Shown here one piece after another: positions 1-6,720 of a stretch of DNA of 15,567 nt. Location: NCBI GenBank assembly GCA_038320275.1, contig JBBQEB010000088.1, positions 1-15,567 of the forward strand, written 5' to 3'. Made by a program: the position numbers and the translations under genes. The notes beneath the pieces are model-generated. The model was not told where the DNA came from and did not search any database. It saw only the letters and a list, made by a program, of their open reading frames with translations. How positions within the stretch are numbered: position 1 is the first letter of the stretch; each line of letters opens with the position of its first letter. This DNA comes from Myxococcales bacterium. Its GTDB lineage: Bacteria; Myxococcota; Myxococcia; Myxococcales; Anaeromyxobacteraceae.

Positions 1-744
1 GACCTCCTCTGCGCCAAGGTGGGCGACCCCCGGCTCGATCCGGTCGCCGATCCGCAGGTCCGGACGGGCGAGGTGCTGCTGGCGGTCCCGCTGCGGGCGC
101 ACGGGGACCTCGTCGGCGTCATGTCGGTGGTGCGTCAGGCCGACGCTGGTGAGCCCGGCCTCCATGCCCGAGCGCTCGCAGACCTGGTCGCGGCGGCGCT
201 CGCGAACGCGCGCGCCTTCGAGCGCGTGCGAGAGCTCGCGTCGGAGGATGAGCACACCGGGCTCTACAACGCCCGCCATCTGCGGAGAGCGCTGGCCGCC
301 GAGCTGGGCCGAGCCACGCGCTTCCGGCGGCCGCTCTCCCTGCTGTTCTTCGACCTCGACCACTTCAAGCGCGTGAACGACGCTCACGGTCACCAGGCTG
401 GCAGCGCGCTCCTGCAGGAGGTGGGGGACCTCATGCGCGCGACGCTCCGGGCCATGGACGTCCCGGTGCGCTACGGCGGCGACGAGTTCGTGGTGATCCT
501 CCCGGAGACCGGGGCCGATCAAGCCTCGGCCGCGGGGGAGCGGCTCCGCGCCGCCATGCGCGCCCGCCGGTTCTTGGCGTCGGGCGGGCTCTCGGTCCAG
601 ATGACGGCCAGCTTCGGCGCCGCGACCTTCCCGGACGACGGCGTCACCCCGGAAGCGATGATCCGCTCCGCGGACCTCGCCATGTACCGGGTGAAGGCGG
701 AGGGCCGCGACGGCCTCGCCGCCGCTGCGGGGCGATTCGTCTGA
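1..744 (+). CDS. GAF-GGDEF diguanylate cyclase, 5'-truncated by the window edge
   Basis: Frame is open from base 1 to TGA at 742-744. GAF C-terminal signature (LLAVPL..GDLVGVM..LADLVAAALANAR), then DEHTGLYN, FFDLDHFKRVNDAHGHQAGS, RYGGDEF (GGDEF at 475-489), TASFG and ADLAMYRVKAEGRD. Confidence 0.95.
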   Translation, partial: DLLCAKVGDPRLDPVADPQVRTGEVLLAVPLRAHGDLVGVMSVVRQADAGEPGLHARALADLVAAALANARAFERVRELASEDEHTGLYNARHLRRALAAELGRATRFRRPLSLLFFDLDHFKRVNDAHGHQAGSALLQEVGDLMRATLRAMDVPVRYGGDEFVVILPETGADQASAAGERLRAAMRARRFLASGGLSVQMTASFGAATFPDDGVTPEAMIRSADLAMYRVKAEGRDGLAAAAGRFV

Positions 745-746
745 GA

Positions 747-763
747 CGGGGCAGCATGCCCCG
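747..763. terminator. GC-rich hairpin between convergent genes, possible terminator or mRNA-stabilising stem
   Basis: CGGGGCA-GCA-TGCCCCG is a perfect 7-bp stem just after the GGDEF stop. There is no adjacent U-tract. Confidence 0.3.
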
Positions 764-815
764 CCCCTCCCCAGCTTCGATGGGACCCCTCTGCTTTTAC
801 GCCCAGCCTCCCCCG

Positions 816-2420
816 TCAGTCTCCTTCATACGGCGAGGCGCGCGTCTCGCCCCGGACCAGCGCCTGATTGAGATCGACCTTGGCCCGCTTGCGGAGGTCG
901 TCCATCCAGGCCCGCTCGATCTCGCCCTCGCGGCGCATCCGGAGCCGGGTCTCGAACTCGCCTCGGCTCGCCGGGAGCGCCGCCGGATCGGGCCGCTGCC
1001 GCTCCTTCACGCGCGCGACCACCGCCCCGGTGGAGGTCTCGTACACGCGCCCCAGCACCTGGCCGGCGCTGGCCTTCAGCGCGTCGGCGAAGAGCTCCGG
1101 GGCGGGTCCAACCCGCGGCACGCTCGGCGAGCTCGAGGCGTTGAACGAGCCGGTATCCTCCGGCCGCACGACCTCGCCCCCCAGCTTCACCGGCTCGACC
1201 GGTGCCTTGCCCCTGACCTTTGCGCCACGAGCCTCGGGCAGCGCGTCGGCGAACGACGCTCCAGCCCTCACCTTCGCGAGCACGGCGGCGGCGCGGGAGA
1301 CGGCGAGGCCCTTGCCCAGCTCTTCCTGCAGGAGCTCGCGCGCGATCTCCGGGCGCGCCTTGTCGAGGGTGATCTGCTCCGGCTCCTTCACCTCCTCGAC
1401 CTTGATGAGGTGCCATCCGAACTGCGTTCGCACGGGCTCGGAGACCTCGCCGGGCTTCATCTTCATGGCGGCATCCTCGAACGCCTTCGCCATCACGCCG
1501 GCGGAGAAGAAGCCCAGGTCGCCGCCGCGCTCGCGTGAGCCGGGGTCGTCCGAGGCCTCGCTCGCCACCTTGGCGAAATCCTCCCCCTTCTTCACGCGCG
1601 CAGCCAGCGCGTCGATGCGCGCCTTGGCCACATCGCCCTTCGCCGCGCCCGCGCCCGCGGGGTCGTCCGCCTTGACGAGGATGTGCCGGGCGCGCACCCG
1701 CTTCTTCTGGTCGAAGCGCCCTGGGTTATCCTTGTAGAATGCCTCGATGCGAGGGCCGTTCCGGGCGATGAAGTCCTTCACCTGCGCGTCGGTGGGCACG
1801 ACCTCCTGCCGCGCCGCTGCGTACGGGAAGCGGGCCAGCTCGAGCGTGACCCGGTCGTTGTCGGCGAGGTAGGCGTCGCGCACCTCGTCTTCGGTCACCC
1901 GTGCGGAGGACCGGAGCAGCGCCATCATGCGGCTGTAGACGAGATCCTTTCGCAGCCGCTCCTCGAACGCGCCGGTGGTTCCGTACGCGTTCGCGACGGC
2001 GCGCTTGTAAAGCTCGAGGTCGAAGCGGCCCACGCTCTGGAACGCCGGAATGGCGTGCACGGCCGCATTGAGCTCCTCGTCGGAGACGGCGATGCCCTGG
2101 TGGTGCGCCTCCTGCTCGACGAGCTCGCGCTGCACCACCTGGTCGAGCGCCATCTGGCGGAGCCGCGTGCGGAAGAGGGCGTCGAGCTCGCCGCCGCCCT
2201 GCTGCTGATACATCCGCGCGAGCTGCCCGTACTGCTGCTCGAAATCGGCCGGCGCCACGGCCCGGCCGTTCACCTTGGCCGCCCAGCTCTCGGTGGCGCC
2301 CGGCCCGGAGGAGCAGCCGCGCGATCCTGGGCCGAAGGACACCACGAAGACGACGATGATGATCCCGAACAGGACGTAGGTCAGGATGCTGCGGGAGTTC
2401 GCCCGCAAGGTGTCGAGCAT
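816..2420 (-). CDS. ppiD: PpiD/SurA-family membrane-anchored periplasmic chaperone with parvulin PPIase domain (534 aa)
   Basis: Start MLDTLRANSRS at 2420 has GGAG about 10 nt upstream, so it is preferred over 2459. N-terminal TM helix (ILTYVLFGIIIVVFVVSFG), SurA_N-like region (AKVNG..LRQMALDQVVQRELVEQEA..GIAVSDEEL..IPAFQ..GRFD) and rotamase motifs RARHILV, SDDPGS..GGDLGFF, VRTQFGWHLIKV. Confidence 0.9.
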   Translation of the reverse strand: MLDTLRANSRSILTYVLFGIIIVVFVVSFGPGSRGCSSGPGATESWAAKVNGRAVAPADFEQQYGQLARMYQQQGGGELDALFRTRLRQMALDQVVQRELVEQEAHHQGIAVSDEELNAAVHAIPAFQSVGRFDLELYKRAVANAYGTTGAFEERLRKDLVYSRMMALLRSSARVTEDEVRDAYLADNDRVTLELARFPYAAARQEVVPTDAQVKDFIARNGPRIEAFYKDNPGRFDQKKRVRARHILVKADDPAGAGAAKGDVAKARIDALAARVKKGEDFAKVASEASDDPGSRERGGDLGFFSAGVMAKAFEDAAMKMKPGEVSEPVRTQFGWHLIKVEEVKEPEQITLDKARPEIARELLQEELGKGLAVSRAAAVLAKVRAGASFADALPEARGAKVRGKAPVEPVKLGGEVVRPEDTGSFNASSSPSVPRVGPAPELFADALKASAGQVLGRVYETSTGAVVARVKERQRPDPAALPASRGEFETRLRMRREGEIERAWMDDLRKRAKVDLNQALVRGETRASPYEGD

Positions 2421-2480
2421 GGAAGGATTGCTCCGGACGGTTCGAAGTGCGGCGGCCACCGCGGCCGGCCGCTCGGAAAG

Positions 2481-2510
2481 TTGAACACCCTAGCCAACAT
2501 AGGCTAAAAT
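2481..2510 (+). promoter_or_regulatory. Putative sigma70-type promoter of the mreCD-mrdA-rodA operon
   Basis: TTGAAC (2481-2486), an 18-nt spacer and TAAAAT (2505-2510), in an AT-rich patch about 50 nt upstream of the mreC start. Confidence 0.55.
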
Positions 2511-2558
2511 GCAAGGGATTTTGGACAGGCGCGGCTCGCGCCTCGGGGTGGAGCGCGC

Positions 2559-3962
2559 GTGTTTGGACTGCTGAAGAGGTACCGCGAGCTCATCCTCGTG
2601 GCGCTCCTCCTGGTGCTGCCGCTGGGCGTCTTCTTTGCCCGTGCGAAGCGCCAGACCGAGGGCTCGCGCCTCGACCGCGCCGTGCTGACCTTCGCGGGCC
2701 CCATCGAGAAGGGCGTGGGCTGGGTCGTCGGGGGTGGTGCGCGCGTGTGGGACGGCTACGTCGCGCTCCGCCGCGCCCACGAGAAGGCGGCCGCGCTGGA
2801 GCGCGAGAACGAGGGGCTTCGGCTGGATGCGCTGGAGCTGCAGCGGGTCCGCGGAGAGAACGAGCGCATGCGCGCTCTGCTCGGGTTCGCGCAAGGGGCG
2901 CCGGAGCGCAAGGTGAAGGGTGGGCGGGTCATCGGCGTGCGGCTCGACCCCAAGGGCCTCCAGCTCGTGACCATCGACCGGGGATCCGACGACGGGCTCG
3001 ACCGCATGATGCCGGTGGTGGTGGGAAGCGGGGTGGTCGGCCGCGTGCACGCCGTCACGCCCTCCACCTCCGACGTGTTGCTCCTCTCCGACCGCAACAG
3101 CTCCATCGCAGTGCGCGTCGAGAGGTCGCGCGCGCGGGCCAACGTCCGGGGCACCGGCGCCCCCGACCTGTGCCGCCTGGAGTACGCGCTCCGCTCGGAC
3201 GACATGGTGGAGGGCGACCTCCTCACCACCTCCGGAACCGATGGCGTGTTCCCCCGGGGGCTGCCGGTGGGGAAGGTGGCGGGCCTGAAGAAGAGCGGTC
3301 AGGGGCTGTATCAGCGCGCCGACGTGAAGCCCGCAGTGGACCTCACCAAGGTGGAGGAGGTGCTCGTCATCACCACGCCGGAGAGGATGGAGGAGGAGGC
3401 GCCGCTGGCGTCCGCCCGCAGCGAGCCGGTGGGGGCGGTGCCTGCCAGGACGCCCGGGCCGGGAGCTCCGCTCGCTCCGGTGGTGGCGAAGGCTTCCGCC
3501 GCTGCGGGCCCCACCTCACCGAAGCCCTCGGCCCCGAAGGCGCCCGCGGTCGCGAAGACTTCGGGGGCGGCTCCGGCGGCCGGGACCGCCAAGACGCCCG
3601 GCAAGGCGAGCGCGGGCACGGCGGCCCCCTCGACCGCGAAATCGGCCAGCCCGAGCGCCAGGACGGCGATGCCGACCGCCAAGCCTGCGGCCGGGACGAC
3701 GCCTTCGACCGCGGCCGCGAAGCCCCCGACCGCGACGGCGGCGACGAGGCCCGCGGCCGGGACCGCCAGCGCGAAGTCCGCCGCGGCGCCCAGCGGGGCG
3801 GCCGCCAGGCACCCCTCCGCGAGCGCCACCCCGATCTCCAGGGCTGCCTCGGGCTCCAAGGGGGGAACCGATCCCGCAGCCACTCCGGCAAGTCACTCCG
3901 CAACCGCGAAGCCCAGGCCGCGCAAGCCCGCAGCCACCGCGTCGACTGGAGGTGAGCCGTGA
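2559..3962 (+). CDS. mreC: Rod shape-determining protein MreC with long Ala/Pro/Thr/Ser/Lys-rich C-terminal tail (467 aa)
   Basis: GTG start with GGAG upstream. N-terminal TM helix, coiled coil (LERENEGLR..ENERMRALL), then TIDRGSDDGL..MPVV..GVVGRV, GDLLTTSGTDGVFPRGLPVGKV and PAVDLTKVEEVLVI. Followed by mreD, mrdA and rodA. Confidence 0.95.
   Translation: MFGLLKRYRELILVALLLVLPLGVFFARAKRQTEGSRLDRAVLTFAGPIEKGVGWVVGGGARVWDGYVALRRAHEKAAALERENEGLRLDALELQRVRGENERMRALLGFAQGAPERKVKGGRVIGVRLDPKGLQLVTIDRGSDDGLDRMMPVVVGSGVVGRVHAVTPSTSDVLLLSDRNSSIAVRVERSRARANVRGTGAPDLCRLEYALRSDDMVEGDLLTTSGTDGVFPRGLPVGKVAGLKKSGQGLYQRADVKPAVDLTKVEEVLVITTPERMEEEAPLASARSEPVGAVPARTPGPGAPLAPVVAKASAAAGPTSPKPSAPKAPAVAKTSGAAPAAGTAKTPGKASAGTAAPSTAKSASPSARTAMPTAKPAAGTTPSTAAAKPPTATAATRPAAGTASAKSAAAPSGAAARHPSASATPISRAASGSKGGTDPAATPASHSATAKPRPRKPAATASTGGEP
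3576..3768 (+). repeat. Degenerate internal repeats encoding PAAGT units in the MreC tail
   Basis: GCGGCCGGGACCGCCA occurs at 3576 and 3753, and GCGGCCGGGAC at 3687. All are in frame. Confidence 0.6.
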
Positions 3963-4468
3963 GGCCCGTCGCGGCGTTCGCGCTCGCGCTCGTCCTCACC
4001 GCGTTCCAGGCGGCCGTGTTGCGCTACGCCGGCGGCGGCAAGGTGTCGCTCGCCCTCGCCATTCCCATCGTCGTCTACCTGGGGCTGCACGCGGGAAACG
4101 TGGAGGGCGCGCTGGGGTCGGCTGGCGTCGGCTACGTGCTCGACCTCATGGCGGGAGGGCCGAAGGGGCTCCTCACGTTTCTCTGCGTGGCGCTCTTCCT
4201 CCTCAGCCGGCTGTCCGGTGCGGCGCTCGCGGTCGCGGGGAAATCGGGCTTCGCCGTGCTCACCGCGTTCGGCACCTTCTTCGTCGGCCTCGGCTCCATC
4301 GTGCTCACCCGCGCGGTCACGCCTGCCGAGACCGCGCCAGGCTACGGGCTGCTCGGGCGTGTGGCCGTCGAGTCGGTCTTGACCGGCCTCGTCTCTCCGC
4401 TCGTCCTCGTCGCGATGCGGCGTATCGACGGGCTCATGGCCCGCGAGGAGCCCGGCCTCCTGCGATGA
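3959..4468 (+). CDS. mreD: Rod shape-determining protein MreD (169 aa, polytopic membrane protein)
   Basis: GTGA overlap with the mreC stop. About 5 hydrophobic segments, a GYVLDLMAGGPKGL motif resembling MreD G-x-x-x-D-x-x-x-G, typical size, and position between mreC and mrdA. Confidence 0.85.
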   Translation: MRPVAAFALALVLTAFQAAVLRYAGGGKVSLALAIPIVVYLGLHAGNVEGALGSAGVGYVLDLMAGGPKGLLTFLCVALFLLSRLSGAALAVAGKSGFAVLTAFGTFFVGLGSIVLTRAVTPAETAPGYGLLGRVAVESVLTGLVSPLVLVAMRRIDGLMAREEPGLLR

Positions 4469-4548
4469 TGCGCCCCCGCGAATCTCTCCCCGCCGTCGGC
4501 TGTTCCTCCGGAGCACGGGCGGGGACGCCTGCTGGAGGGATCTGCTGA
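4465..4548 (+). CDS. Candidate 27-aa bridging/leader ORF (MMRPRESLPAVGCSSGARAGTPAGGIC)
   Basis: ATG at 4465 overlaps the mreD stop (ATGA). Its TGA (4546-4548) abuts the mrdA ATG at 4549 in the same frame. No homology evidence. Confidence 0.25.
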   Translation: MMRPRESLPAVGCSSGARAGTPAGGIC

Positions 4549-6720
4549 ATGGTGGTTGGCGCACATACACCCGGACCGCCCAGCGGCGGAACGTCGAAGG
4601 ATCTGAAATCGCGGACGTCGATCATGACGCTCGTTGCTTCGCTGGCGTTCCTCGTCCTGGGCGTCCGCCTGTACCAGCTCCAAGTGCTCCGCGGCGACGA
4701 GTACAAGGAGCGGGCGGACGAGAACTTCGTGAAGGAGCTGCGCGTTCCTGCCGACCGCGGGTTCATCCTCGATCGCAACCGCAAGATCCTCGTCGACTCG
4801 CGCCCGTCCTACGACGTGACGCTCACCCCGTATTTCTGCGGCAAGGGTTGCGACGAGCTCCTGGCGAGGCTCACCGCGCTGCTCGCGCTCTCGCCCGAGG
4901 AGGTGCAGCGCGCCGCCGGCCGCCTCCACGCGGCGCGGGGGCTGGAGCGGTTTCGCCCCTTCAGCGTCAAGGTGGACATCGCGCGCGAGGAGCTCGACGT
5001 GGTGGAGGCGAACCGCGTCCCCGGGCAGCTCTCGGGCGTGGACGTGATCCCCGCGCCGCACCGCAGCTACCGCTACGGCAGCTGGGGCAGTCACCTCTTC
5101 GGCTACATGAACGAGGTCGGGGCCGAGGAGCTGAAGAAGGTGAATGAGGACATCGTCGCCTCCGGCTCGAGCCAGCTCCTCTACCAGCTCGGCGACTACA
5201 TCGGCCGGCGGGGCCTCGAGCGCCGCTGGGAGTCGACCCTGCGCGGAACCGACGGCCGGCGCAGGGTGGTGGTGGACGCGAAGGGCAACGCCAAGGGCGG
5301 CGAGCTCGAGGACCTCATCCCGGAGGCGCAGCGCTTCGAGCCGTCCCGGCCGGGGAAGAACCTCGTGCTCTCCATCGACTGGCGGCTGCAGGAGTACGCG
5401 GAGAAGTTCTTTCCGGCCACGGCCGGGGTGGTCCTCGCCATGGACGCGAAGACCGGCTTCATCCTCGCGCTCGTCGACCGGCCCGCGCCCGATCCCAACA
5501 AGCTCTCCGGCCGCATCTCGCGAGCGGAGATGGCCGCCATCCGCGGCGACCCGCTCCGCCCGGAGCTCTTTCGCGCCATCCAGGAGCACTACCACCCGGG
5601 CTCGACGTTCAAGGTGGTCACCTCCATCGCCGCGCTGGAGGAGGGCGCGCTGCGGCCGGGCGGGACGATCTTTTGCCCCGGCCACTACACGGTCGGCCGG
5701 CACCGGTGGAGGTGCGACAAGGAGCGCGGCCACGGGGCGGTGGACCTCGAGCACGCGCTCGGCGCCTCCTGCGACGTCTTCTATTACGCGCTGGGCGACA
5801 GGCTCGGGACCGATCGCATCGCGAAGTGGGCCCGCCTCCTCGGCCTGGGAGCGCCGACCGGCTTCGATCTCGCCGGCGAGATCGGCGGCGTCATGCCGGA
5901 CGAAGCCTGGCATCGCAAGCACATTCCCGGCGGCTACCAGCACGGCATGTCGCTCAACATCGCCATCGGCCAGGGCGACGTGAACGTCACGCCCATGCAG
6001 CAGCTCGTGCTTTACGCGGCGCTCGCCACCGGGAAGGTGTGGAAGCCGCAGGTGGTGCAGCGCGTGGAAGACCCGAGCGGCGAGACCCTGAAGACGTTCC
6101 CGCCCGTGGTTCGCGGTCAGCTCCCGATCCACAAGGAGACGCACGCCGCGATCCTCAACGGGCTGGGCGCGGTGGTGAACCAGCCCTTCGGTACCGGGTT
6201 TGGCGCGCGACTCAAGGATGTGGTGGAGGACGGGAAGCTGGTACGGATGGCCGGCAAGACCGGCACCGCGCAGGTGGTGAAGCTCGGCGCGAAGCGGCTC
6301 AAGGCCTCGCAGATGCCCTACTTCGAGCGCGACCACGCCTGGTTCGCCTCCTTCGCGCCCGAGGACGATCCCGAGATCGTGGTGGTGGTGCTGAACGAGC
6401 ACTCCGGGTTCGGCGCCTCGAACGCCGCCCCCACCGCGAGCGCGCTGACGAAGTACTACTTCGAGCTCAAGAAGGCGGATGCGCTGGAGCGCGCCGGCGG
6501 GCCGGCTGCCCTCTCCCCGGCCGTCGTACCCGCGTCGGCGGTGCTCCCGCCGGGTCCGCGGCACAAGGCGGCGAGCGAGGTCGCCGCCCCGGCCGCCGAG
6601 CCCGGCGCCGAGGACGAGCCCGAGCCCGCGGCAGAGCCCTCCGGCGGGAAGCCCGCCGCGGTGGACGCGCCGGCGTCTCCCTCCGAGCCGGGAGCCGAAG
6701 GAGACAAGCGTGGCGCGTGA
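4549..6720 (+). CDS. mrdA: Penicillin-binding protein 2, class B transpeptidase of the elongasome (723 aa)
   Basis: GGAGG at 4534-4538, N-terminal TM helix, RLYQLQV, PADRGFILDRN, R-x-Y..HLFGY and GRRGLE. Catalytic motifs SxxK (PGSTFK), SxD (SCDVFYY) and KTG (GKTGTAQV), plus DHAWF. Confidence 0.96.
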   Translation: MVVGAHTPGPPSGGTSKDLKSRTSIMTLVASLAFLVLGVRLYQLQVLRGDEYKERADENFVKELRVPADRGFILDRNRKILVDSRPSYDVTLTPYFCGKGCDELLARLTALLALSPEEVQRAAGRLHAARGLERFRPFSVKVDIAREELDVVEANRVPGQLSGVDVIPAPHRSYRYGSWGSHLFGYMNEVGAEELKKVNEDIVASGSSQLLYQLGDYIGRRGLERRWESTLRGTDGRRRVVVDAKGNAKGGELEDLIPEAQRFEPSRPGKNLVLSIDWRLQEYAEKFFPATAGVVLAMDAKTGFILALVDRPAPDPNKLSGRISRAEMAAIRGDPLRPELFRAIQEHYHPGSTFKVVTSIAALEEGALRPGGTIFCPGHYTVGRHRWRCDKERGHGAVDLEHALGASCDVFYYALGDRLGTDRIAKWARLLGLGAPTGFDLAGEIGGVMPDEAWHRKHIPGGYQHGMSLNIAIGQGDVNVTPMQQLVLYAALATGKVWKPQVVQRVEDPSGETLKTFPPVVRGQLPIHKETHAAILNGLGAVVNQPFGTGFGARLKDVVEDGKLVRMAGKTGTAQVVKLGAKRLKASQMPYFERDHAWFASFAPEDDPEIVVVVLNEHSGFGASNAAPTASALTKYYFELKKADALERAGGPAALSPAVVPASAVLPPGPRHKAASEVAAPAAEPGAEDEPEPAAEPSGGKPAAVDAPASPSEPGAEGDKRGA

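Noticed and set aside
2311..2380. Possible lipobox (GSRGC) after the PpiD hydrophobic segment
   Set aside because: It does not match [LVI][ASTVI][GAS]C and is separated from the hydrophobic core. An uncleaved TM anchor is typical of PpiD.
3311..3883. Hydrophobic Ala/Val/Gly-rich 190-aa antisense ORF resembling a membrane protein
   Set aside because: It is the mirror of the Ala/Thr/Pro codons of the MreC tail.
4543..4580. Cys-TGA followed by a stem-loop, suggesting selenocysteine insertion upstream of PBP2
   Set aside because: The stem-loop does not look like a canonical bacterial SECIS, mrdA has its own SD and ATG, and no selenoprotein family context is evident. A bSECISearch run would settle it.
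6479..6709. N-terminal extension of RodA in the ORF track
   Set aside because: It overlaps the mrdA 3' end in another frame. An SD-supported GTG at 6710 gives a normal-sized RodA.
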